Source: Camelus dromedarius
Taxonomy: Eukaryota
Length of the DNA stretch: 64,000 nt
Reading direction: 5' to 3'
NCBI RefSeq assembly: GCF_036321535.1
Contig: NC_087472.1
Location: 94,614,001 to 94,678,000, forward strand
Part shown: positions 1-11,865 of the stretch, one piece after another
How positions within the stretch are numbered: position 1 is the stretch's first letter
Layout: every line of letters begins with the position of its first letter
The notes under the pieces: model-generated
What the model was told of the DNA's origin: nothing
What the model saw: the letters and a program-made list of their open reading frames with translations, nothing else
The model's database searches: none
Program-made: the position numbers and the translations under genes

Positions 1-953
1 GGCAACCTACTATGTCCAAACTGACTTTAGTTTAAATTACTTGGAAAATTAAAGTAAGGTACACTTGTAAGAGGATGCCAAATCAATCTAGTGGGTTTTG
101 TTTCCCTTTCAGTAGAATAGATATTACTATATACATAAATAAAGAAGTAATTTAAATATTAAGGCAAAACATTTTAACATCAGAAATTAATTTATTAAAA
201 TGTATGATCATGGTTAATATATATTCATATAAATTAATTTCTAAAGATAGAAAATCTCATTAAATCAACTAATGCTGTATACCTATTGTTTCAATATATA
301 CTCCTTTGTTTTGAAAGCTGAGGACGAATCCTGAAGCAGATTGCTCGGTGTCCTCACAAATATGATCATCCTTCCTCTTACAATTTCTTTAACACTTAAA
401 AAGCTTTCTGTTTTTCTAAAAGTACCTCACGTATTGTCTTTTAAAATATACCAATAATACCTTATATTTGCGCAGAACTATAACATTTACACTGTGCTTT
501 CAAATACATCTCTGTTATTTTCATAAATCAGACGAAGGCTTTTAATCACAGTTGCTAAGATTGTGGCTCTTAGGAAGAAGCCAGGTTTGGGAGAGAGTTG
601 GGAAGAATAGTTATATTCTGTTTTCTGATGTTTGTGTGTAAATAAATGCCCCACATCCCACCCGGTTCCCTTTTCCCTTTATCTATCCTCGAGAGGGCTA
701 CTTGGAATCATAAAGTAGAAATAATTGCCTTTGAGGTAATCTGTTCAGAAATCAGAACTTGTAAATCTCCCAGTTTCCATTGATGTCACCCCCTTTCATT
801 TCCTGCCACCATGGGGGTAATGCAGACCTCCTAATCTTTGAGCTTCCTGTTTAGCCTGATTCTAAAACATCTACTTTGGCTTCAGCTGAGTCCTCAACAC
901 AATGAATAGGGATTGAAATGTAAGTAAAATGAAGACTTTTGTGTTAATCTTAT

Positions 954-1531
954 TGTTGCTGAAAGATCGCCCGTCCCTGATGAGCTGAATAACCCAGAGA
1001 CCGGGTCTTGGAGCTTAGAAGGAAAGACGCAGCTTCATTGCTTTGCCGGGCAAAGGGGACTCACAGCAGGCTAGTGCCTTCAAAACTGTGAACCCACCGT
1101 GGGGATGGGGCAGGGTGGTTATATAGCCATAGCTCAAACAATAAAGCAGAATCATTTTCTCATCAGAAGACTTAGAATGGCGTCATGATGCCTCCAGGTG
1201 ACCAATTCTGTAGAGGCTAGTGGTTGTCCCTCTTTCCATCTCTTTATCTGAGAAGCACCCAAAGTGTGGTCTTCTTGGTAATTCAGGCTATTTTGTAAGG
1301 TTACAGTCCTGTGACCTTCTCCTTAGAGAACAACTCAGAGACCAAGCATAATTATTGCTTTCGATTACTGGAATAAAGTAGAGACAGTAAGATCAATAGC
1401 TTTAGTTTTAACAGTGGGCCTGGAGCTGTGGGTAGCAACCGGTCAGTCAGGTTTCTTGACTGTTCTAAGGGCAAGCAGAAGAATAAGCAATCTGTTAGCC
1501 TAAGTGTGGCCATTTTATTAATCCTCCTTCA
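954..1531 (-). mobile_element. Solo ERV1-type LTR (578 bp)
   Basis: Begins TG (954) and ends CA (1531), flanked by an exact 4-bp TSD TTAT (950-953 and 1532-1535). GC-richer than its flanks. A TATA-like GGCTATATAA on the minus strand near 1119-1128 gives the orientation. Confidence 0.85.
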
Positions 1532-2009
1532 TTATGGCTAAGGAAAAAAAGCTAAGCTATTTTTATTATTATAGTACCAAGCATAAAGTTAGCATCACAT
1601 TTATTCTTTTAGTAGTTCTGACTTATTAAAATATTAGGTATAAAGGTGTAGTGTTAGTTGGATATTTTTCCTAGGCTTCTTAGTGATCCGTCTCTCCATG
1701 ATTTCCCTCATAGTATTTAATTTCTCTCTTACCTGACTGTTGGAATAGAACATACTTTGCTATTCAGATAAATGTTTGATAATTATCTTGAGTTACATCG
1801 TGATCCTCAAGGTAATATGAAGGGAAAGGGACCTAAAATGAGGTAACGGTCAATGATCAAATATTATTTAAGTGGGTATTCAAGAAATAGTAGATGTTTC
1901 ATGAGGCAATTTATGAGGAAGGAAAAAGAAGAAAGGAACACACACTTCAGCATTGGAACTCTATAAACCCTATAAACTGCAAGAAAAGTCACAAACTGGG
2001 CACATCATA

Positions 2010-2705
2010 TACATTAAGATGGCTGTTTATCAAAAAAAAAAAAAAGAAAAATTAACAAGTGTTGTTGAGAATGTGGAGAAATTGGAAACCTTGGTCATTG
2101 CTGTTGGAAATATAAAATGATGTAGCCACTAGGGAACACAGTATGGTAGTTGCTCAAAAAGTTAAACGTAACACCTGAAACTAACATTGTAAATCAACTA
2201 CACTTCAATGAGAAATTTTTGTTAAAAAGTTAAGCATAGAATTATCATATGACTCAGCAACCGCACTTCTGAGATAAACCCAAAAGAACTGAAAGCAGGG
2301 ACTCCGACAGACATTTGTACGTCAGTGTTCACAGCAACATTATAGGCAATAGCCAGAATGTGGATACAGCCCAAATGTTCATCAACAGTTGAATGGATAA
2401 AGAAAGCATGCTAACTGAAATAAGCTAGACACAAAAAGACAATTATTGTGTAATCCCACTTAAATGAGGTATCTAGGATAGGCAGATTCACAGAGACCAA
2501 AAGTGGTTGCCAGGGGCTGGCAGGGAAGAGGGAATGGGAATTACTATTTACTGGGCATGACGTTTCCATGTGGGATGATAAAAGAGTTCTGGGAATGGAT
2601 ATCGGTGATAGCTGCACAACATTGTGAATGAACTTAATGCCGCTTAGTTATACACTTAAAAATGATGGTAAGTTTTATGTTATGGATATTTTACTATGAT
2701 AAAAG
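2010..2705 (+). mobile_element. Old L1 (L1M-type) ORF2 end and 3' UTR fragment, with a short nested younger L1 3' end at ~2168-2223
   Basis: Typical L1 3' motifs (gagaatgtggagaaattggaaacc, cccaaatgttcatcaacagttgaatggataa, aatgtgaatgaacttaatgcc-like). The nested piece cattgtaaatcaactacacttcaat is flanked by AAAAAGTTAA(A/G)C repeats at ~2156 and ~2224. Confidence 0.8.
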
Positions 2706-5700
2706 AAATCAGGCAGAGGGGGAAATTATGTGCACAGAAACAAATGTACATCCTCGTGTGACACTTTAATAAAGCCAGGGCACCATTTTCAGAGAATAGT
2801 TTGCAGATTGATAAAGTCTCCCATTCCCACCACTTCTGAGAAGAACTGTGGGGCACAGAGACAAGCCCGCTTAACCCAGAATTATAATAACAATGTGTTA
2901 AAAGCAGCTTCCTCTCAGTACCTATTAGCTCCAGTAAGAATCATGTAGAAAATGGCCATGGAGGAACTTTGTGATTAGAATCTGTGACCCGTCCTGTTGC
3001 ACTTCCATTGTGCTCCACCCCTAGTCATAAATCCTAGACTCCAGAAGTCAGGTCTGTTAAAAATGGAGACCATTTGGGAAACAGGATATTAGGATACCTT
3101 ATTGACAGGTAGCCTCTACTGTACGTAGAACAAACTAGTTCTCAGATCAAGTAAATCGCAGAGAAGAAGCTTTCAAAATGATTTTTTAAGCTGAACCTGA
3201 CCTTTTCTCTTCCACCACAACATTCCCAGTTGTAGGAGGTGTGGTTGGGTTTATAAAGCATTCTGTCTGAAAAGACAAGGAAAATAAAGATCTCATGGTT
3301 GTAACCACCTACCTTTTGCCCAGAGAAGTTTGTGATATTAACCAGTCCAGTGTATTTGTCTCCTTCTTTGCTGTTCTTTATAGGCAATAATCAAACTAAC
3401 TGGTGTCCAGGCAGAGCTTTAACAACCAAAAATCCATTCCACAGACCCTCCAGTTTTTATTGTATTTACACGTAGGGGTGTAGAAAGTTCTTAGTAAATC
3501 TTCTTAGATCTTAAAACAAGTACGTTAACTCAATTTGCAGGGAATGAGCAAGGGAGGGAAAATAACTGTTATGCAACAGATGCCTGAATATTCAAAATCT
3601 ACTTGACTCAAGTATTAACTTTTAAAGGGAGAGAGAAAGTACTCTACACATGAGAAGGTCCTAACTGCACGATTATTAATATATAATTCAGTGGAGCATA
3701 AAACCAATTTGGGAATAACATGGGTGAGGATATAAATGCCTTAATGGACAAAGTGGAAATGCTTAAGAAGTAGATAAGAGTTTACTGGGTGGTCGTGTAC
3801 TCTCTATCCCGAGGAGCAGCCGCAGTCTGGTGTCATAATACTGAAGAAGTTAAAAAGCTCATTTTAAAAAGTTCTTAATTCTCCTGATTTTAATATATTT
3901 TTGTTATTTTTGGAGTTTCCTTCCTTAGATTAATACATTAATTTTCAAAGATAACATATATGCATGTAGGTTATTGTTTATAATCTGTCTACTACATTAA
4001 GATAAAAAAAGAAATCTTTAATAGCAAAGTAAACCACAGTGGGAAAGAACATTTTAAAAAATTAAAATTAACAAAATGAAATTTTCATTGGAAAAAGATG
4101 GTGTCACAAAAATAATTACTGCTTTAATGCCCTTGGCATCTTGTTGAGTAGCTGCTATTGTATATATTCTGTTGGAAACCTTGAAATTATCACTTGTCTT
4201 TCCCCGTATCTAATGTTAATCTTTTGCTTTGGAATGGTTTCCCTTCCTGAAGCTGTGTGAGTTGTGCTTTTTATTTTAGGATGAGACTATATGTGTGTAT
4301 ACTATTTATCCTGCCTTATTTGAAAATCCCAAAGGAATTTAAATTATACATTAGCATCTAAGCAAGTGTTACAAATGAAGACCCTCTCTTACAAGGAACT
4401 GTGTTATTCATCTAATGTACATTTTTAATTACTATTAACTTGCTTCCTTAAAAGATAAAGCTTCTTCCATGATTGTGCTGTTTACTGAAGCAGTAAAAAC
4501 CATTCTTTATTTCTCAAATCGATGCTAGCTCAATATATTGAAGGATACTAAAATTTGTGATCTCTATATCCCACATACATGATGCTTATTTTCTTTAACG
4601 TAAGAGCTAAATTTGTTTTTCTCAACAAATGAAATCATGTTAGAGCTGCTAAATTGATTTAATTTTAAAAGATTGAAAGTTCTCAATTGTTCCTAATTTT
4701 TAATATAGGTAATTTGGTTTTACTGCAACTTTATGGAATGTATATATAGACGTACACATCATAATTCCCCATTATGACGTAGTATCACATGATTTGATGC
4801 TTTCTGTATATATATTCATGGTAATTTTAAAACACGGAACTGAGATTTTAGAAGAAAGTTTGAAATAACAGGCCACGTATTCCATGAAATTTCCAAGATG
4901 TCCTTGGAATTTAGTAGAGGTTTTATTTAACCACTAATGCGTTTAACAGTACAAACGAGGGTAGTGAACTTACAGTGCGGTGCCGACTCACGGAGGCTGA
5001 TAGACCTTTCTGAAAAACTGTGTAGGATACTGCACACGGGCTAGTGTTTGTGTGGGAACAAGAAGGGCACTCGTGTGTACTTGGGGTGATGTCTGAGTCA
5101 GAGCTTTAGTCACTCTGAGATCTACTCATATCTGTGCAGATCTGAAGGAGAGGTAGGCTTATCGATTAGCCCTCTGGGAAGACAACACAATAAGCGAAAA
5201 ATGGCATACATAATGAATTCAAGGCAAGGGGAGAGAGAATAAAGAGGAATTAATTTGCCACTTAGATCATGCCCCTTTCCAACCTCTTGAACTCTTGTCT
5301 GAGTCCGTGCATAAGTCCTCGTAATCAGAGAACACGTGAAAAACTATAATTTATACAAGAAGCAGATGTGTCATTATAGCAGTTTTTGATTCTCCTGAAG
5401 AAATGAAGTGAGTGATGTCTTCCAAAAGATGGTGTTGGCACGTTAGTGGCTTTGCCAATGATGGGAGATAATACTCTCATCTCATCACTCTCTATACCAG
5501 TCATTAGCCAACATGATGACACCAGCGGGCACCAATATCTGAAACACTGCCTTTGGCAGGCGTGAACAACAGAGGTGACTTCTGGGGAAAATGACAAAGT
5601 TGTTGCTGCCTGTTAGCCTGAACAGAAAGAGGAAACCCCAGGATAGGGAATTAAAGTGTCATAGTAAGATCATCACTGCTGCCACCTTTTGGCCAAAGAG

Positions 5701-6839
5701 ACCTGTAGGTAATTCTGGAACCATTTTGAAACACTGATCTTAGGATTTTCCAGAAACCAGTGGGGATAGAGGCTGGAAAACACTGATTCATGCCTGTTAT
5801 TTTGATCACATTTTTCTTTTCAGGCTTTGTAACCTCAAAAATACAGGTTACGTGCATTAAGAGTCTGAAATATACCCAATATGTGCATTCTTGAAAAGTT
5901 TGTTATAACCTCATCATTATATATTGAATGTTACTTTCATTTCATTTCAAAAGTGCAGCAGTGCCTGTCTTTCAATTTATTTATTCTCCAGGCATATAGA
6001 TTCATTTTAATTAAAAAAAAAATCTGTATTTTTCATTCTCTTTCAATTCGTTCATCAAATCACTTCCTAAGTATTTCTTCCTTATATACAACATTTCAGG
6101 CACATACCACATCTGCCAATGATATAGTCATTCATCTTTTTGTATACGTATTCTTAAATAATCTCAAAATTGCAGAAAAGATACAAGAACCAAACCTGAG
6201 ATTAGGATAAATAATGACAATAATGGATTGTAGTCCATTTAATAAAATCAGAAACCTGACTGTATACTGATACAAATGAATAAATAAATTCAGAGTTTGA
6301 GGTGAAACTTTTCCATGAGATGCTTATTAAAAAGAGGAAAGAACCGATGAGAGTAGGTTGGTAACCTGATGCTCTAACACTTCCGAAGGCTTATTATCTA
6401 TTTCTACGTAAGTGATTAGGGAAATGTCCTTGTTTGAAGCATTTAAGTCAGAAAAATACCATTATCAAATGGCGGCTATTCATATGTACCACTTGTATTA
6501 TAATTGTCCCAGTGATGTTCTTTATAACAAAAGGGTCCAATTCAGAATCAGATATTACATTAATTTATCAGATTTCCTTAGTTTCAAAGAGTTCCTTAAT
6601 CTTTGACTTTCATGACCTTGACAGTCGAGGATTACAGGTCAGTCCCCACCATTCTTTGAGTACTTCATTGTTTCCTGACATAAGAGGAGATTCAGTGATC
6701 AAAACTCCATAATAGGACCCCATTAACCAGAAGGAAGGTTGAGAAATGTACTTTTCCTTTGTGCCACAGAATGAGAAATAGGATTAAAAAGGATCAAACC
6801 ATTTTCTGCCACAAAGAATATCTGGGCAAATTAACTAGC

Positions 6840-7686
6840 CAGCATTGTCCTTAATGATAAAATAGTGGAAGCACTTACTTTGATTTATCAAAAAAAAAAA
6901 AAAAAAGGTACAGATGCCCACGAAAACTGCTTTAACCTACAATTTTAAGTGGAGCCTAGGTAGTACAGTAACACGGGTGAAATGAATTAAGGGGTTATGA
7001 TTGAGAAACGAAGAAAGAATACTATCAGTTGTAGCCAGAGATCCACGTAAAACAGCTCAAAAACTGGAGAATATATTTTTTATAATTAAATAAGAGAATA
7101 TAGCAAGCTGACTAGATACATGATTAACAATCAAAAAGCCATGTGTGACAAACAGCTCAGAAATATGATTTTAAAAGGTACTGTTCCCCATTCCAAAATG
7201 TAAGTTACCTAGTAATGTCTGTCAAAAGATGGCTGATTTTATGAGGATTTTTTTTTTTTTAGTTTCAAACAACAAGAAAGATGACAAGTAAATGGATACA
7301 ATTCATGTGTCATACAGATGCCAGTTCTCCATATTGTTCTGTGTAGTCAAAGTGAAGCTTATAAAATTCTTAGTGTGCTTCATGAAGGTATTCGACAAAT
7401 TTATAATCAGAAGCAAAGACCAAGGAGTTGGCAACAAGTTCTTGAAAACAAACAATACTCATTAGCATATGCTTTTCACAATAAAGACCATGTGGTATTT
7501 GCAAAGTTACAAACTGTTGTTTGAAACAGAATGTAGAAGCAAAAGATACTAGCAAGTGTGTATGTGAGTGAGAGTGTGTGTGTGAATGAATAGAGCAGGT
7601 ACTAAGGAAGATCTGTGGAGAACAGATGGTCTTTTAAATTAATGGGACAATTGATGTTCCATCTAAGAAAGAAAAGCATTCTCTAC

Positions 7687-7737
<51 letters not shown>

Positions 7738-7880
7738 CTGTTTAGACAGATTCATTTCTTAAATCTTAAAGGAAAACTTAAAATATTTAGAAGAAAATAT
7801 AGGAGGATTATCTTTATGATTCAACGACAAGAGTTTTTCTAAGAGAGAAATTCAGTATGTTAGTATTAACTCCTTTTTAT
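6840..7880 (+). mobile_element. Highly decayed L1 ORF2 fragment
   Basis: A-rich, with residual L1 ORF2 motifs (gtccttaatgataaaatagtggaagc, aagtaaatggatacaattcatgtgt, aaaatatttagaagaaaatataggagg). No intact frame. Confidence 0.6.
7690..7736. repeat. (CA)n microsatellite
   Basis: Uninterrupted CA run of ~23 units. Confidence 0.97.
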
Positions 7881-8337
7881 CAGAATATGTCATAAATAAA
7901 CCTGTAAATCTGTAATAGGTATTTTAACTACATAAGGTCTGTGAAAAAAATTTATTTTAACAGAGATGAAAACAAGAATTTTGTGTTCAACTACATCAGG
8001 GAAATTAAAATTAAGATATCATATGAGATTATTTGATATCCACTAGAACTAAGTTGTAAAAATTTCTGAGGCCCTAAAGTAGATGTCCTCATAAAGTCTC
8101 CTCCTAAAAGTCTACTGTTAACGTGTGAACCCACACAAGGGGATAAGATGGGTTTTCTGAGCAGACGCTTGTCTAATCTGTTTCCTGGAGAAGCAAGGCT
8201 TTTCTCCAACCTGGGTTAGTTAGTGCATACAGCTTTAAAGAATGAGAAAATGTTCATTCTAATACACAAGAGACTGTAGCCTCATTTTATTGGTCAGGTT
8301 ATAAAAGGAAGTAGTTGTATGTCTTCTCATATGTTGG

Positions 8338-8670
8338 TTTTTTTTTTTTTTTTGCATTCTTTTTTATTGAAATAGTTTACAATGTTGTGTCAGTTTCTGG
8401 TGTACAGCATAATATTTCAGTCATACATATACATACATGTATTCGTTTTCATATTCCTTTTCATTAAAGGTTACTACAAGATATTAAATATAGTTCCCTG
8501 TGCTCAACAGTAGAAACTTATTGTTACCTATTTTATATATAGTAGTTAGTATCTGCAAATCTCAAACTCCCAATTTATGCCTTCCTGCCCCCTTTTCCTC
8601 CTGGTAACCAGAAGTTTGTTTTCTATGTCTGTGAGTCTGTTTCTGTTTTGTAAATAAGTTCATTTGTGTC
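8338..8670 (-). mobile_element. 5'-truncated lineage-specific L1 3' end
   Basis: Poly-T followed by tttattgaa...tttacaatgttgtgtcagtttctggtgtacagcat, the same 3' UTR seen at 9060, 27571, 44009 and 46310. Confidence 0.85.
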
Positions 8671-9056
8671 TTGTGGATCTTTTTTGTCTTAAAATTTTGT
8701 TTTTCTCTCCTTTCTGCTTCCCTGTAGAAATAAGTCTCTAAGTGAATGATTTTAAGGGATCATGATATCATCTACATTTCATTCTCTGTTTTACTGGATA
8801 CCGATAGGGGCTCTCTCAGCGTGAAATCAGACATTATAGAGAAAGAAACCCAAACACTTTTAGTGATATGAGTAGTAGAGGAAGCCAGCAGGTGAACAGT
8901 AAGAAATGTACGTGCACATGAGTATGTGACTGTTGAAGACAAAGGGAAAGGTTTTCTGCACTTTTTTGAAGTAGATAATTCAGGGTGGTTCTTTTGTTAA
9001 CTTTTTAGGAATGATTCTCCTAGGGTGACGCACATCATAAAATGACTCACTTTTCA

Positions 9057-9304
9057 GTTTTTTTTGTTTTTTTAATTGAAGTATAGTCAGTTACAATGTG
9101 TCAGTTTCTGGCATACAACATAATGTTTCAGTCATACATATACACACATATATTTGTTTTCATGTTCTTTTTCCTTATAGGTTACTACAAGATACTCAAC
9201 ATAGTTCCCTGTGCTATACAGAAGAAACTTGTTGTTTATCTATTTTATATATAGCAGTTGGTATTTGCAAATCTCAAACTTCAAACTTATCCCTTCCCTC
9301 TCCC
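9057..9304 (-). mobile_element. 5'-truncated lineage-specific L1 3' end
   Basis: T-tract, then ttgaagtatagtcagttacaatgtgtcagtttctggcatacaac...atagttccctgtgctatacag. Homologous to 8338-8670. Confidence 0.85.
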
Positions 9305-9887
9305 CACCCACTTGGTTGTTTTGATAGAGTTCCCGCCAAAAAGTTACAACTTATTGCACATATTATCTGGGGTTGGTACTTTTTAAAGAAAATTCTTCTC
9401 CTTTAACATTTTTGCCTCTGCTTTGCCATGTCCTCACCCTTGATTTCCTGTCCTTAGATACTTAACATGAAATTATTTGAAGCATTTAACTTCAACCTTC
9501 CCTCCTTCAGTCTTCTAATTGAAGTTATTTTACTCGTAGAAAACCTATCTATTATGAATAGGGATTATATTTTAACTGAGGACTGTAATGTAGAGAGGAG
9601 GAAATGGATGAATCAAATTAAGAAAGGGAGACTGATTGAAGTTTAAATTAAAAATGAAATATAAATGACATAAAAGTGATGCAATTTCTAGATCCTATAC
9701 TTGATGTTGGAAGAGAGCTTTTAGTGTTCTGGCTACTTTTGTAATTGTTGAAAAGGATATGTCCACTTAGGGCTTGATAGGGTAGTAAGCCTTTTCAAAT
9801 GGATTTTTTGCAAACTAAGTTAACATCCATTTTATATCTCTTGGATTGCTTAAGATGACTCTGCTTCCAAGGTATTTATTTTGGGGT

Positions 9888-10491
9888 TGTAGAGGAGCAA
9901 ATTTTGCCACCCCTAAAATGTCTCTGTGGCATGGAGATGATTTCAAGCTGAAAACAATGAAGGCCCAAAAGATTGAGGAAGAAACTTTGACCTTCTCCCT
10001 AACTGCCTAAAAGAATGTAGACAGAGGACCTGCTCCAGGAGGGGAGCCATCCCCATAGACAGCAGTAGTGTAATAGGTGTACCTAGTATAATATAATATG
10101 GCGTAAGCAGGCGTGGAGACAGGGAGGAGCCAGCAGAGTCTGCGGTTAAAACTTCTCTCTGGGTCCCATTGTCTCTGCATAGCCCAGCAAACATTTGTCT
10201 TTGCATCCCCAGGAGAATTGCCTTCCTCTCCTTTCAAGTCCCAAACCACTACCCCCTTGCCCCTGCACCCACTTCACATCCTTTATTTTTTCCCTTTATC
10301 TGAAGATGGTATTTAAAGTGAGGGCTTCAGCCATTTTGGTGAGTGACTCAGTTTTTCTGGGTCTCTCCCATGTCTACATGTTGTTAAAGTGTTGTGTGAT
10401 TTTCTCCTGTTAATCTGTCTCATGTCAGTTGATTTCCTAGACCAGCCAGAAGAACCTAGAAAGGCAGAGGGAGATTTCTTCCTCCGTGACA
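9888..10491 (+). mobile_element. Solo ERV1 LTR, MER34-like
   Basis: Starts tgtagaggagcaaattttgccacccctaaaatgtctct and ends gaacctagaaaggcagagggagatttcttcctccgtgaca. Both termini resemble MER34-type LTRs (recall). TSD not recognisable. Confidence 0.7.
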
Positions 10492-10760
10492 CTGGAAATC
10501 TTGCAGGGTAGAGCTACTAGGACTTATAGAGATTTTCAGAGTTATTCATAGAAGGTGGAGCCAGCCAAGGAAATTGAGATGGAGGGGCAGATAGTTTCAA
10601 GGAAAAGCACTATGGGGCAGTGTGATAGAAGCCAGCAGATGTGATCAACTTAATACTGCTTTAGTATTGAGGTCATAGAAGTGTCCGCTGGATTTTTGTC
10701 AGCTTGACCTTTACAAGAGCAATTTCATGAGTGATGGGACTATAAGCAAGAACGGAATTA

Positions 10761-11865
10761 CAGGCATACCTCATTTTATTGTGTTTCACTTTATTGCTCT
10801 TTGCAGATACTGATTTTTTTTTTTTTTTTAACAAATTGAAAGTTTGTGGCAACCCTGCATTGAGCAAGTATATCGACACTGGTTTTCCAACAGTGTTTTT
10901 GCTCACTTCTTGTGTCACATTTTGGTAATTCTCACAATATTTCAAAGTTTCCACCAGCACATACAACTCCCTGAAAGCTCAGATGATGGTTAGCATTTTT
11001 TAGCAATAAGATATTTTTAATTAAGGTATGTACATGGCTTTTTTAGTTATAATACTGATGCAGGAAAACATACGTGGGGCGTGAGGAGGGCTGTGTCCCA
11101 GATCTTGATTGAGCCCCTGGGACGTGCCCCGCCAAGTGTGGGTCCTTGGCTTCGCGCAGGAAAGAATTCAAGTGCGAGCCACCGCTGAGTAAAGGTAGGT
11201 TTATTTAGAGAGATACACACTGCATAGAGTGTAAGGCAAGAGAAAGGCAAGGAAAGAGGTGTGGGAATTGGGTGCTCAGGTTAAAGTAAAAGTAGGCACA
11301 CACTCCATAGACAGAGTGCGGGCCGCCTCCAAAGAGGAGAGAGCGCAAAGGGCCACAAGGCGTGGTGGTGGTAGTTTTTATGGTCTCAGTAGCTTCACAC
11401 GCCTACAGGTGGGATCAATCCAACTGCCCAGGGGAAGGGGCTGGGATTCCCAGGAACTGGGCCACGGCCCATTCTTTGGCCTTTTGCGGTTAGCCTTGGG
11501 ACTGTCACGGCGCCTGCGAGCATGTTATATATCATTGCTGTTACAACGAGCATATAATGAAGCTCAAGGTCTACCAGAAGGTAAACCTCTTAATCCTTAA
11601 GGCCGACCACAAGTTGAATCTTCCACCATTTTGGTGAATCTTCCACCATTTTGGTGTTAAATTGATGTCATTCCTTGAGTGGCTGTGCCCTGCCCCCTTC
11701 CCTCCTGTCTCAATACTATTACACACTTAATTGGCTACAGTATAGTGTAAACATAACTTAATATGCAGTGGGAAACCAGAATATTCATGTAACTTGCTTT
11801 ATTGTGATTTTCGCTTTATTGCCATGATCTAGAACCAAACCCATAGTATCTCTGATGTATGCCTG
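10761..11865 (+). mobile_element. Internally deleted Tigger1 (TcMar) DNA transposon, interrupted by an LTR
   Basis: Terminal inverted repeats CAGGCATAC (10761) and GTATGCCTG (ending 11865), each flanked by TA. Internal sequence matches Tigger1 ends (acaaattgaaagtttgtggcaaccctgc; cgctttattgccatgatctagaaccaaaccc). Confidence 0.9.
11056..11712 (-). mobile_element. Solo ERV1-type LTR nested in Tigger1
   Basis: TG...CA ends with an exact TSD ATAC (11052-11055 and 11713-11716). Minus-strand AATAAA (tttatt near 11200). Same family as 25567-26194. Internal 20-bp tandem duplication at 11615-11654. Confidence 0.92.

Noticed and set aside
3142..3387. 81-aa minus-strand ORF, and a possible donor at ~3312 pairing with the acceptor at 3267
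   Set aside because: No recognisable homology, and the implied intron of ~45 nt is too short for a mammal.
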